A stretch of DNA of 63,693 nucleotides, filler included, from Psammoneis japonica (GCA_008632985.1; 3 parts of 3 records of this genome joined end to end with filler, not necessarily neighbours in it), one strand, 5' to 3'. Positions 46,900 to 60,261 are shown, numbered from the whole stretch's first letter. Notes: generated from the sequence alone by a model not told the origin. Program-made: numbers and translations.

Positions 46900-49300
46900 C
46901 TCGTCAGCTGGCATCTTTTCCTCTGGCACCTTCAGCACACCACCCCCGCCTCTCTCTCTCTCTCTCTCTTCCTTTTTGTCAACTGTGACCCCGCCTGAAA
47001 AGCTGCAGCTCCACAGCTGCTGGGCTGGGTGCTCCTCTCTGTGGACACTTCTTCTTGTTTGGGCACAACACAATGTCCGGTCACTCCTGTGGCCTCAACG
47101 AAAAAGCTTTCATTTCTCATGCCATGTTGAACCCAAGCATTTTTGTCCAGCATGTGATGTCCTTTTGTTTCCAGTGCTGCGCCGCTGCCGCAGTGCCCGG
47201 CATGAAAGTTCCAAACATCGCGCAATGCCAAACTTTTGTCTCTTGTGTCTTTCTGTTGAGGCACTTGTTCTCTGACAGCTCTGGAGCAGCTGGTGTTTCA
47301 AACAGCTGCTGTTGTGGCGGCACTTTGAGTGCAAGATCTTTGATGTTGTGCGCGCAACAAGCTTTTGTCAATCCTCTTGCATTGGCAGTGTGTGGCGTTG
47401 GGACAAAGAGAAATGCTTGTGCTTGCTTTTGAGTCAAGTGCTCCAGGCTCTCTGTGGCTTTTGAGAAATGCCTGGACAGCACAAAACAAGCCCCTCTCAG
47501 GCACCAGTCATTTTCCCTCTCTTGCTTTGGTGTGGCATCATGTGTGAGACAAAGGGAAATGCTCGTGGTTGCTTCTGAGCTGAAGAATGTTCCAGGCTCC
47601 AATGACTGCACGGCCAGTGGAACGCAGGCTTTCTCGCAATAGTCTGCCCCTTGCTGGCTCTTTGGAACCTGAGCTTTGCATGTGAGAGAGTTGTTCAATG
47701 GCGCGACACTCAAGTGGTGGGGCAGATGCAAGAGAGAGAGAGCACTTCTCTTTGCAAAGCAATGGGGCCACAGAGATTTGGTCAATCATGCTGGTCAGTG
47801 ACCTCTCTCCATGCTCATCCATCATGTGACTTGCCGACTTGTGACAATTTGTCAATGCACTGCTCCAGAACACCTCTGCAACATTGTTCTCAAAAAGTTC
47901 TTCTGGAGTTGCCAAGAAATGGAAGTCTTTTGCCCCTGGACTGCCCCAACATGTTTGGCCAGTGAGATGGAATGATGGAAGCAGCAGCAGAAGAAGCAGC
48001 CATCTGCCATCTGCTGAGCAGACTGCTGAGCATGTCATCACAGCTCTGCCTCTGTGTCTCAGGAGCTGCCATCCCTCTGTCTCTTCTCAGCTCTGCTTTT
48101 GTGCTGATGAAGTCTTGGTGTGTTTCAAAATGTCTTTCACAAGCTTGCACAATGGATGCTTTCTCTTTGAGTTGTTGCTCAACAAGAAATTGGGGTAAAT
48201 CAGAGGCAAAATTTGCATCAGCATGTCTTTTTGCATTGGAGTGCCACCCCTTGTCATCCACAGAACTGACTCTGATTTTAGCTGGTGCCTGCCACTGCAA
48301 TTTGTGATTTTTCCCAGCCTTGTCAAAGCATGCATCCACCCCCAAACAAGGTGCAAACACACCAGGGGCAGTCAAGCACACATGCCTCATGAGCTTTGGG
48401 GTGCTGCAGCAAAAAGTGCTTTTCAAATTTCTGCACTCTGCTCTCTCATGCACAACTGTTCACATTGTTTGCAAGAGCAGCAGTGCCAGCCATGGCCAAG
48501 TGCAGCAGCATCAACAACTTTGTGAAGAGCAAAACAATGTGGGTGCAGGTGCAAATGCAGCTGCCACCACTTTGCCATTTTTGTGATGATGGCAGCCCTG
48601 CTGGGGAGGGGCTGCTGATCTTTGCACCGCTGCTGTGCTCCAGCATTTGACCCAAATCTGACACCAGCAGAAACTGCAACATTGAGGAGGAAAGGGGCCA
48701 ACAGCATGGTGCAAGTTTGTGACAGATGTGACCTTGAGTTGGCTTTGTCAGATGCAGAGATCTGATTGCTGCACGAGGAGTTTCTGTTCAAATCAGTCAT
48801 GCAAATGTGAAGGGTGCAGTCCTTTTTGCACAGAGGGACTTGTCAGAAAAGGATGAATTCTCCAATGAGGAGGAGAGGAGGCAAAAGAGGAGGAAGAAAA
48901 AGGAGAAGAGAGGGTGCTTCTGCAGCCACCATGGAAACAGAATCTGTTGTTGAGGATGAAGAGCCCGTGACTGTGGATCATTTGGAAGCAGAGCCAGAAA
49001 CAGCAGACTGATGTGTGGGTGGAGCCAGAAAGGACAACAACAGCAGCAATGCAACCTCTCTTTTAGAGTGAGAGCTTCCAAGGCAGCACAGCCAACAACA
49101 ATGCCTCAATGAGTCAATGCAAGAGCAAGAATCCTCTTCCTCAAGAAAGAAGAGAAAGAGCATCCTCATTCTTCAAGGGCTGCAACAGAGCTCACACCAT
49201 GGTCTGATTCTTCCCATGGCTCAAATGGCTGTGATGTAAAAGTCTCCGGCAAGATCACCTGCACCTCTTCCAATGACCATTTTGGTTCTCTTCAGCTGTT
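46900..49300 (-). mobile_element. Decayed transposase-like relic, possibly related to 31600-34380
   Basis: 'VSSVDDKGWH' resembles 'VTVDDDKVHH'. 'HCQCKRIDKS' near 47370 resembles a Tyr-converted Y...KGGVD motif. TpA-depleted. Confidence 0.25.
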
Positions 49301-49814
49301 TTAGATCCATTGTGATGCTTTTTTTGATGGACAGCAGCGCTCTTTTCTAAGTCCCAGCATGGCCCAGAGCATGCTTGCATCTCAAGTTTGGCAAAAAGCA
49401 AATGTGCTTCTGGTGGCTTTGAGCGGAGTTGGCATGAGAGGTGAAGGGAAGATGTCATGACGCAAAGAGCTGGCTGATGTCACTTGAGGGTTTGTCTTGT
49501 CATGCATGATCTCTGGGTCTTGGCAGGCAATGATGAGCACATGTTGACTTTCCTTGTGCCATGGGATTAAGCACCAACTCGATTGGCCACATGCGCTGCT
49601 GCTCACAACAAATCTTGTTGATTTTGTGGTTGCTGCGTTTAAGTTTTTGGACTTCCTGGTGCTGCTTTTTTGTGTCATGCCATTGTCATTGAATTCAAAG
49701 TGAATTGCTTTGACAAAAAGGCCGCAGAGCTTCACTCCTCTTCTTTCCAGTTGGGTGATGCTTTGTCATCACCTGAATTTCATCCAGGCACAGGAGCAAT
49801 TCTTTGACCACCAT

Positions 49815-50760
49815 TCAGCCCACAGAGGGCATCAGCAACTTGCTTGTTCTGAGCAGCAATTTTGACAAAAAACATGTTCTTTTTCCCGTTTGTTGACCCA
49901 TGCCAGCCCTCATCAAAATGAAGATTGGCTTTGTCTTTTCCAGCAAATCAGGATCAATGTTGAGATGGTTGATGGGTTGGCAGCACCAATCCATTGCCAA
50001 CAGAAGTTCATGAGTCCACCCCTTGATGCCAGCAACACTGACTTTTTCTCTGAGCAATGACACATGGGTTTCATAAAACATGTGGCTGCTTGTTGCCACA
50101 CCAAACCATTTCACAAAATTTTCCCATTCTCCTGCCCATCTGAAGGAAAGTGCAAAAAATCTGCAGAAGTGCTCTGCCAGCAACTGTCTTCCCTTGACCA
50201 GGTTTGTCACACAGCACATGGATCACTTGACTGTTGTGCCCCTCTCCACACAAACAAATCAAATGGCAATGAAGAGCTGGCGACAATGCTGCATCAGTGC
50301 TGTGCCTGTTGACACCAGCACCAAAACTGTCTGCACCACCTGACACTTTGCACTCCTCTGTCAATTCCTTGATTTGGTTGCACACTGTTTGCACGTCCTT
50401 GTCTTGAGCAACCAGCTTTTTGCAAGAGCATTTTGAAGTCATTTGAGGCCCCACCAACAAGCTGGTGGAAGCCTGGGTGTGTGTCAGCTTGATGGGCTGA
50501 CAGACAGATTGATGGGTGATGGACAGCCCAAGGCCTTTTAACCTGCATGCATGTGTGGCACACAGTGGAGTTGGCACCAGCCCAAGAACATCACACAAGT
50601 GTTTGTTGCGGGGCCATTTTTTGTTGGGAATGCTCTTTCCCATGCTGGAGTGAGACAGCATGTCATTGACAAAAAGTCCAGAGCTGAGTCTCAAGGTGGT
50701 TGGTGCCTCCTGTGAAAACTGGGGCCTGCCAACTTTTCTTGTCAGATCTGCAGTCAAGCC
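49815..50760 (-). pseudogene. Decayed P-loop NTPase-like gene
   Basis: Walker A-like 'VI(H)VL(C)DKPGQGKTVAGRALL' near 50180-50225. Confidence 0.35.
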
Positions 50761-52448
50761 TCCAGATGCTTGAGAATGGCACCTCAGACAGCTTCACTTT
50801 TGATGTCATTGCACTCAAACATGGGCCCACTCATGCTGTGAATGCTGTTTGGCAAGCACTGGGTGCTGGCGCCACCAGGCACTGATCTTGACAGCAAGCA
50901 AAGAGCACAGACACAGCCAGCGGGGTGCGTGCACACATGCAAACAACAAATGGCTTGACACCACCCTTGCAATGAGCCATTTCACTGGCACTTGTTGGCT
51001 TCCATTGACCCAAAGACAGGCTTGCGAAGATGGTCATCAGAGGTGACTCTCCAGCTGTTGTGCCATGGGATTGGGCCTTGCTCCAACTGAAAGACGCAAG
51101 AGAAAAGGTCAAATTGAGATGAGTCTTCAGCAGAAGATGCCTTCCAAAGCCTGGCATGGGTGAATGCATGGAAGGTGAAGAGCTGGCAAAGCTTCATGGC
51201 CAATTCATGAAATGAAATGATGGCAGCTTCAGTGGCTTTGCAGTGGGATTTACAGGCATTGTTTGCCTTGAGGGTGCACCTCAAGATGTCAAGTCTTCTT
51301 GAACAATGTGGCAAATGGTGTCAGAGGTCAGTTCAAGTTCCCTTCTTGCACCAACTGCACTTCCAACTTCACAAACAGAAACTGTGATTGCTTTTCAAAA
51401 TGTTAGCATGAAACAAAAATGTTAACATTTTGCTGCAGAGCGCACATTTCTTGTGCAGTCAAGCATTAAGCAGCATGTGCGGCGCTCGAGAGATGGAATG
51501 CATTACAGGTCGTGAAGCACGAAGCGAAATATAAGACTCTGCTTGAGGCGGACTATGCTCACCACAGTAAAAAACTTGACATCTTTGAAATGACGCTCTT
51601 TTCTGTTGTTTACACCGAGTCGATCGTTTTAGTTTACGTGCTCTTGCTAGACAAACTGCCACTTGTTGGATTTGCTGCCGTAATCACTGCTTTTCCTCGT
51701 GGACCATTGGTAGACAGACAGAGCACCTCCTCCAGGTCTCCACCATCACCACTGTGAAACTTGTTACTAGGGAGGCTGCCAGAGATTCCAACATGCTGTC
51801 TTTGTGTTTGCTTGGCTCGCCTTGTTGCTTCTTCAGGTGACGCCTGGCCAATTCTCGAGCTAGGTGTTGCAAAGTTTGTTTGTACTCTTGCCTGTATTTT
51901 TGCATAGTTGGGCATTGTTGCCCCACAGCGTAGGATTCAAGCAGATTCGTCCAAGGGCGCCTTATGAAACGGCTCCGAGTTCTTTAGAGGCGGCAAAAAT
52001 GTTGGTCGAACCATTCTCGATGCGCGGATCTCGTTCACAACACAGTTGCAAGGTTTTCGTACCGTGACGGCACAATTCGACAAGGCACCTCTCGAGTCCA
52101 TGATCGCCCCCCCCCTGTACCTCTAGATCCGGGACTGTGGTTGCGAGGTGGCTCATTCTTCATGATGCAAAAATGTCGTCCAAGGACTCAGGTCATTGGT
52201 TCTGCGCATCTACCCGCAGACACATTCAAACCTGCAGAGCTCTCGAAACAAACAAACATGCGATCGTAGATGTCACAACTTGAGTTTCTTTCGCATCATT
52301 TTTTTAAATCTCGCAGCCTTGGTCTCTTCAATGCAATGGTAGGAAAGGAGTCATTCACGAGCAACGAAAAATATCTCTTTCTTGGTCTGGTCAAATATGA
52401 GAGAGAATGCTCCACCCAAATTGCAAACTCAAAGTCTCTTTCGAATAT

Positions 52449-54342
52449 CTATTCGTCAACGAGAGTCTCAATGTCATCGAAAAGTTCCTCATTCGCGTCC
52501 CCAACAATGTGGACTTCACTGACCGACTCGTTTTCAACCTCATTAGGTTTCTGATGCATCTCGAGGTCCACGTGGTCCCCCGCTATGTGAGTTCCGCCCT
52601 CCTTTTCTCCAAGCTTTCCCCATTCCTCTGGTTCAAGTGGCCGGTCAGGATCACATGCCGTTTGCAATTCATAAATGCAATGTTCCAAGGCACGCAACGC
52701 TTTTCCCCATTCCAGTGCCGAAACGCTGCTCACTAGTAGCCCCGCAGGTCGGACAATGTCAATACACCGACCCAACGATAGTAAGGCTCCCTCCAAAACC
52801 ACATCAACCGTGGCGTCCGTCATGTTGTCGAAACAATTTTAATCCTGAACGAAAGGACGGGCTCGCATTGTACATTTCCTCCACGTGAGAAACCAGCGAT
52901 CGGCGAATGGACACCATGACTAGGTAGTTGTCTCGTTGAAAAAACTCAACCTGTTGCGAAAGAAAACGGCAATCAAAATGTCAAAGCAGTCCAGTATCTT
53001 TCAAGAGATAGCGTTACCTTCCAGGCCACAAGCTTACCTCGTTCACAACACCCTTCATGTTTACATATGATGGCCATAGTTCCTGACCCAAGAGGTAGCA
53101 GTTTCCAACGAACGCCTCCACATTGTCCTTGCTGTAGAAATAAGGATAAGTGGCATAGTGAAAGGTCCACGATGCGTCCACGATTGCATGAACACCTCTA
53201 TTCTTTTTCATAGAAACGCGCTTCCGGCTGCTGCGGCTGCTCTCGTAGTTGTCTCCATCCTCGTCATCTTCTCCGCGACATTCTTCTTGAAGCGCTTCTA
53301 TTGGTTGCAGCGACGATTGTCCCGGTGATCGGTGATGAATATCATTCAGATTGCACAAGTGGTACTCTGTTGAATAGAGCTGGACTTGAATGTTGACCTT
53401 TTGCTTCTTTTTCTCTTGATAATCTGCACCCAAAGCACTTTTCAGCCACGGGTTCAGTCGCTTGTGAATGCGTTCCTTGAGCTTGAGCAAGGTCTGCGCA
53501 TCATTTGCGCTGGTGCGATCCAAGACGATGCCTATATTGGATATATCAATACCCTGTGATTGACACAAGTGACGAAAGAATACATAGCCAGCGTCCGCAC
53601 TGCTTACATGATTGCCCTTGGCAATGCCGCCGGCAAAACATAGCAAGCATGGTTTGAGCTGCTTTCTTTCGTCCTTGTTATTATTACCAATCATGCTTTC
53701 CACGAGAGCTCGAATACGAGACGCATATTCCACAGAGATCAAGTCTCGAATGAGAGGTTTTCCAAAAACTACTGCTACACAAAACTTCTTTTCTGAGTTG
53801 TGCCGTTGTTGGATGCGATCATTGTACCCCAACAGAAAACTCATGGAGTCTTCCGCCGTCATGGCCATGCGTCCGTGATTAAACGATGTCGCACGTCGAT
53901 TCTTGGCATTTAAGCGCTGATCAATACTCTTTGTCAAGTCTCGCAACGAACCAAGGTGTTCATCTTGAATCAACGCCTTGTCTGTCTCCAACAAGAGGGG
54001 CTGACGATCTTTTTGTTGCAGAGCCTTGGCGCGAGCCGTGGCGCGAGCCAAGCGGGCACCTACGGCGGCTTGTGCTGTGGAAGTTGTGTTTTTATTAGCA
54101 GACATCTTTTTGCGCTTCCTTTTTGATCCGTTCTTGAGTTGCTGTGATGAGGTTGCCAGGCCGAGCCGAGTGTTGCGATTATTCTCCAGACTGTTCGGGC
54201 GATGATGATGCTGTGATAATCCTGAAGAATATCCATAAGCTCCTATTGATATACATAGCAGTATGAAAGCAACCATAACGTAGTACTGTCGATGACCCAT
54301 TGACAAGGCCCATTGTCTTGGCTGCCGCTCCGTCGGCATCAT
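52449..54342 (-). CDS. DUF218/YdcF-like protein with an N-terminal hydrophobic segment; exon 54342-53038, intron 53037-52951, exon 52950-52449 with one apparent frameshift near 52830
   Basis: 'VAVVFGKPL...YASRIRAL...LCFAGG...SSADAGYVF...IVLDRTSAN...LYSTEYHL' follows the DUF218 motif order. GAG|gtaagc donor and caacag| acceptor are both phase 0. Confidence 0.7.
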
Positions 54343-54518
54343 GGTTTGTTGTGCGGCTGTGCAGTGTGCAGTGTGCTGCGATGATCGTTGTGCGACGTTT
54401 GAATAAGGAAAATAAAATATTTTCAATTTTAATAAGCATTGACAATACGAGTTAAATGGCTTATTCATCTCAGGTACATGGTACATGGCAAGTCCTCAGA
54501 AATATCAACCGGAGGACA

Positions 54519-54912
54519 ATGGCGACGGACCTTGTGGAAGCGGTTCGATCCAAGGTACGTTACTACATTCCCACCAAATTCTTACCGAAAGAGTTTTGGA
54601 AGTGCTGGTATTCGTTCTTGCTGAAGTAGACGTGCTCATACAAGCTTTACTCACTGACACTGCGCCTCAATGTATGTTCTGCTGCAGTGTTTGGAAGAAT
54701 TTCAAGCGACGCATGTAGAATGCATTGACATTGGAGGAAGTTGTAGTGGTGGGGCCAAGTTGGAGCTCATTGTGGTTAGTGCTAAATTTGAAGGCATGCC
54801 ACTGTTAAAGAGACATCGTAGTGTCAATGCCGCACTCGCCGAGTACATGGATCAAATTCATGCTCTCACAATCAAGGCATGGACACCTGCGCAATACCAA
54901 AACAAGCAATGA
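54519..54912 (+). CDS. bolA: BolA-like protein; exons 54519-54554 and 54688-54912
   Basis: Spliced product MATDLVEAVRSK|CLEEFQATHVECIDIGGSCSGGAKLELIVVSAKFEGMPLLKRHRSVNAALAEYMDQIHALTIKAWTP carries the BolA signature (VVS..F.G..L..RHR.V...L....IHAL). Confidence 0.92.
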
Positions 54913-56697
54913 AAACTTGCGTAACACAAGAGCCACTGATTGCACCAGTTTGTGTAATGGCAAACTACTTCTAGAGAGTCGTGTAAAGTAAAACGAGCTG
55001 CTGCTCTCTCCCTGGTTGGTACGGCACCACAAAATTCATCGCGCCGGGGAATCCGGCCAAACCATTGGCCATAGTCATTCCTTTTTTTTTAAGACTATCC
55101 GACTGCCCTCTTCAGGCTTTCCCCGTCCTTTCCTAGTTTCGAGCATGTATCCTATTGCTCTGGGTCCTGTCTCCATCAGTCACTGCAAATGTCCATCGGC
55201 CCAACCGACGTTACCAATGACTCCATTTGCTCAAGTAAATTTCTCGTTCCAGCAAATGTCTTCTCCTGCCTTGCAGCAAACCCCAGGGCAGCCTGGCATT
55301 AGACTCGGGGCATGTCTGCTTCCCTCGGCAAAAAGGCAATCGTAGCCGCTCCCACCTTTTCGCAAGACTTTTCACCTGTGCAGCAGAGATGGGACTCCCC
55401 GTTGACAAACTCATCTTCAGGTCGGGATCTCTGCTGGTCACACACTTTGTTACAGGCATTGCAATGGTCTGGCTCGCATGGATCATCATTGCGTGCTGGA
55501 GACTTTTGCCACAGGGTTGGCTGATTTTGGTGTTCTGTTGGAAGACATCAACACAACTGTTCTTTCCCAACATTTTGAGCACATGCCGCTTTCCTTCAGG
55601 GTGTTGCCTGAACCATCACTCACTGAACAGCATGCATCCATTGTCAGCCCATCGTCTCCAAAGGTGACTTCTTTGCAAGTGTTCCTGTTCTTGCACTTCA
55701 AGTGTTCTTGTGTTGTTCTAGATTTGTGGCAAGCAGAATCTCCAGGCTTCTTGCAACAAACACCTTTTCAGGGCAGCAGCTTGGTTTGAGACTCAGAGCA
55801 CAACTTCTTTCCTTGGCAACAAAGGCAATTGCAGCTGCTGGTGCATCCAACTTTCCCAGCTTTTTGCAAGAAGGGTTTTTGCCTGTGCAAGCATCAATCC
55901 TGTGTTGCTCACCACCCACAAATCAATTGTTGGACAGGATCTCTGCTGCTGATTGCAGTGGTCTGTGTCATGATGCAGAAAGTGATGTGCATGAGTGAGA
56001 CATGGCAGAGGGTGAGCTGGCTTGACTGATGGGAATCTGGTTGGAGGCAGGTTGTAGAAATGGGGGAAAAGGCATTTGCTTGCAGAGAGCAGGCAAGAAA
56101 AGGGGGGTCATTGGCAACAGACCCTCCACAAGCCTGGCAGTCAGGTGCCTTTTTGTTGACTTGAAATTGGGGGCTCAGCCGGGCCTGGCATTGGTGTGGA
56201 AGTTGGCGATGGACTTGGAACTCCAGTCAGCTTGGCAGTAAAAAAAAAGTGACCATGCCATCATCTCACCACTGCCCACGTCAACACTGACTGCAGCAGA
56301 CCCACATTCCCCAGCACCCAAACAAAGGTGGCAGGGAGGACAATTCAAAGACTGTTGTGACACATTGTTGCATGACAATGCCCATCACACCCAGCAATTT
56401 CAAGTCAAAATGGTGCCCAACTGGGTGCTGTCAGATGGCAAATGGAGTTGCTGTGCTTCAAAAAATGGACAAGAATCCTGACCACACCACATGGTGGGAG
56501 CCACAAAAAAAAACACTGCAGAAAAACCAAAGATGTGGCTGTCTCCAGAGATAGTGCACAGAAGGAATGAGAAAAAACTTCCTGGGATGAACATCCNNNN
56601 NNNNNNNNNNNNNNNNNNNNNNNNNNNNNNNNNNNNNNNNTTAATTAATTAANNNNNNNNNNNNNNNNNNNNNNNNNNNNNNNNNNNNNNNNNNNNA

Positions 56698-57085
56698 GCA
56701 GAAGGTTCCCATCCAAGGGATGGTGTCAGTTCCAGCCGGGGGAGGTTCTCCATGTCCTCCTGAGTCAGCTCGTGTGAGTCAAAGACCAAAGCAACACCTT
56801 GCACGCGCAAATGCACCCTGATTTTCAAGTCAAGGAAAACAACAGAGTGCGCGCTGTTGGGATCAAACTGGCGAGGGGTGTCGTGGACAGTCAGCTCACT
56901 TGCTCACAGTTGGCTGGGGCACAGCAGGGTGTCAGTCATTCTTTCCCTGAAAAACACAGCCTCGTGGGCTGGCAGTGGGCGTGGCTGTCCATTGGCTGGA
57001 TCAACCCACATGGCAGCAGCCACGCAAATGGGGACATTCCTCATTGGCGCACACTCTTCGGAGCAAGGATGCACTGCAGCCCGAG
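56698..57085 (-). mobile_element. Copia protease-region fragment (same family as 60480-62843)
   Basis: Colinear with 60725-61100; 'WVDPANGQPRPLPAHEAVFFRERMTDTLLCPSQL'. Confidence 0.85.
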
Positions 57086-58548
57086 ACTTCAGGCAGTGTT
57101 GAAGAGAACGGGCACGCAGGCAGCGCATGGTGCTGAAACCAGAAGAGGAGAAGGTGGCTGGAAATGATCTCTTTCCACAGGTGAAGTTTCTCAGCCCGTC
57201 AGAATTGGCAAGCAATGGGAGCGTCTCAATGTTTGTCAAGAAACAGATTGCTGGTGGCAACATGGACACTTCAAATTGGTCAGGAACTTGGGAGGAATGG
57301 GCAAAAAAGGTGGCAAAAAGGCAAGTTGACAATCTCAGAAACANNNNNNNNNNNNNNNNNNNNNNNNNNNNNNNNNNNNNNNNNNNNNNNNNNNNNNNNN
57401 NNNNNNNNNNNNNNNNNNNNNNNNNNNNNNNNNNNNNNNNNNNNNNNNNNNNNNNNNNNNNNNNNNNNNNNNNNNNNNNNNNNNNNNNNNNNNNNNNNNN
57501 NNNNNNNNNNNNNNNNNNNNNNNNNNNNNNNNNNNNNNNNNNNNNNNNNNNNNNNNNNNNNNNNNNNNNNNNNNNNNNNNNNNNNNNNNNNNNNNNNNNN
57601 NNNNNNNNNNNNNNNNNNNNNNNNNNNNNNNNNNNNNNNNNNNNNNNNNNNNNNNNNNNNNNNNNNNNNNNNNNNNNNNNNNNNNNNNNNNNNNNNNNNN
57701 NNNNNNNNNNNNNNNNNNNNNNNNNNNNNNNNNNNNNNNNNNNNNNNNNNNNNNNNNNNNNNNNNNNNNNNNNNNNNNNNNNNNNNNNNNNNNNNNNNNN
57801 NNNNNNNNNNNNNNNNNNNNNNNNNNNNNNNNNNNNNNNNNNNNNNNNNNNNNNNNNNNNNNNNNNNNNNNNNNNNNNNNNNNNNNNNNNNNNNNNNNNN
57901 NNNNNNNNNNNNNNNNNNNNNNNNNNNNNNNNNNNNNNNNNNNNNNNNNNNNNNNNNNNNNNNNNNNNNNNNNNNNNNNNNNNNNNNNNNNNNNNNNNNN
58001 NNNNNNNNNNNNNNNNNNNNNNNNNNNNNNNNNNNNNNNNNNNNNNNNNNNNNNNNNNNNNNNNNNNNNNNNNNNNNNNNNNNNNNNNNNNNNNNNNNNN
58101 NNNNNNNNNNNNNNNNNNNNNNNNNNNNNNNNNNNNNNNNNNNNNNNNNNNNNNNNNNNNNNNNNNNNNNNNNNNNNNNNNNNNNNNNNNNNNNNNNNNN
58201 NNNNNNNNNNNNNNNNNNNNNNNNNNNNNNNNNNNNNNNNNNNNNNNNNNNNNNNNNNNNNNNNNNNNNNNNNNNNNNNNNNNNNNNNNNNNNNNNNNNN
58301 NNNNNNNNNNNNCTGAGAAAGAAAAGGAGGCTTGGATTTGAGGCCGATTCAAGCCAGCGACCTCAGGAAGCGCAAAGACTCACAACCACTCAGAACACTG
58401 CACACTGTCCTGGCGAGTGCAGGAGGTTCTCAACAACCCAAGAGGCAAAGAAGTCGCCACTCAGCCAGCTGTTGAGCCCCTTCTCCGCACACACATTCAG
58501 GCATGTGTTGTGCACAGCATCATCACACAGCATTTGTCCAACTGAGCA

Positions 58549-59600
58549 TGTCCTTTCAAGGAAAACAAGCATGTTTTCCTTGAAAAGACATGTTTGTTTT
58601 CCTTAAAAAGACATGTTTGTTTTCATTGAAAAGACATGTTTGTTTTCCTTGAAACCACATGTTCGTTTTCCTTGAAACAACACGTTTGTTTTCCTTGAAA
58701 AGACACATTTTTTTTCCTTGAAACAACACGTTTGTTTTCCTTGAAAAGACATGTTTGTTTTCCTTGAAACGACATGTTTGTTTTCCTTGAAAAGACGTGT
58801 TTGTTTTCCCTGAAAAGACACATTTGTTTTCCTTGAAAACACATGTTTGTTTTCCTTGAAACAACGTGCTTGTTTTCCTTGAAAAGACATGTTTGTTTTC
58901 CTTAAAAAGACATGTTTGTTTTCAAGACATGTTTGTTTTCCTTGAAACCACATGCTTGTTTTCCTTGAAACGACGTGTTTGTTTTCCTTGAAAAGACATG
59001 TTTGTTTTCCTTGAAATGACGTGTTTGGACGTGTTCCAGCTCTGGGTGGGACCTCGCACTGCTGAACTGTGACACAATTGTTTTTTGTCATCCGTCGCAT
59101 GTTTCGCACGCACATTTCCACGTGTTCCATTATAAAAAATTGTTCCACACTGCCTGTTTTGCGAAGCCAAAGGCTTTCTGTTATCTGCACTTGTGTCAAT
59201 GAAAATGCACTGGGCATGTTCTTTAATGTCTAAAGAATGTGCCCGGGCACACTGTAAAGAATGTGCTTCAAGTGTGGAGGAGGAGATGCGTTCGCAAAAT
59301 TGCCTCTTTTTCTGTTGGCGATCATTCATGCATGCATTGCTTGACAATTTTACTGCGGAGCTCGCACGTAGAATTCCACGGGCCCAATGTCACAAAAAGT
59401 CCCACCTGGGACTGGAACCTGTCTTTGTTTGTCTTGAAAAGACACGCTTGTTTTCTTTGGAACAACATGTTTGTTTTCTTTGAAACGACGTGTTTGTTTT
59501 CCTTTAAAAGACACGCTTGTTTTCCTTGAAAGAACATGTTTGTTTTCCTTGAATTGACATTTTTGTTGAAATGACACGTTTGTCTTTCTTAAAACAACAT
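58549..59600. repeat. 23-bp satellite (gtttgttttccttgaaaagacat)n, split by MITE copy 4
   Basis: About 20 units before and 7 units after 59029-59422. Confidence 0.95.
59029..59422 (-). mobile_element. MITE copy 4 (inverted, more diverged internally)
   Basis: Both ends are the reverse complement of copies 1-3; the TSD is degenerate (gtttgg/ctttgt). Confidence 0.85.
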
Positions 59601-60261
59601 GAGTTTGCCTTGAATTCTGCGCAAGAACGCACTGACGGAAGCAAACCAACACGATTCCATGTGCAGGAGAACAGCATCTGCACCCCACAAGAAGCTCACG
59701 CCTGTCCCCAAGTTCAGTTGGATCCATGAGACTGCAATGTGCAGCAATTTGTGGGGTTGATCCTCTCCCAGATGAAAATGTGTGACACCTCTGGAATGCT
59801 TGAGCAGCACCCGCAATTGAGCAACTCCTTTTTTGATGTCTGGTGGTCAAAACCTGCCACCGCCAAGAGCTTGCGGGCCACACAAGATGAGCTAATTTGT
59901 GTTTCAGCTGCGCCCACATTTGACAATGTGACCCACGCTGCTCTCTGTTCAGCGGCGAGCAACTGTTTGGTGAGAAAGGTCCAGCCAGGGAGAACATTGG
60001 GTCATCAAGGAGAGATGACGTGCACGGCAGCATCTCCATGGTTCCACATGATCATGTCAACAAGATCAAAGGAAAAGAGCTGTTGCTCTTGTGTCAGAGT
60101 TTCTTCAACTGAGTCCTCTGGGTGCCAATTGGAGCCAAGCATTGTCTGAGGGTTTTGTGCGGAGCACAAGCTGAGAGTTGAGTGCCAGAGCGGGACTTGA
60201 GCCTGTCTGCAAGTTTTGGCGGTGCTGCTCCATGCCTGCTTTTGCTTGGTTTGAGGTGGGG

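Noticed and set aside
51480..52160. Minus-strand coding-like fragments (possible degraded gene)
   Set aside because: Short broken frames with no recognisable domain.
54485..54718. ORF MASPQKYQ... as BolA exon 1
   Set aside because: Splicing from this frame at 54554 is out of phase with exon 2; the ATG at 54519 gives the in-frame product.
56904..58606. 400-480 aa ORFs in the track
   Set aside because: They span an N gap.
59600..60260. Possible Copia RNase H remnant on the minus strand
   Set aside because: Only a vague resemblance; catalytic motifs are not identifiable.
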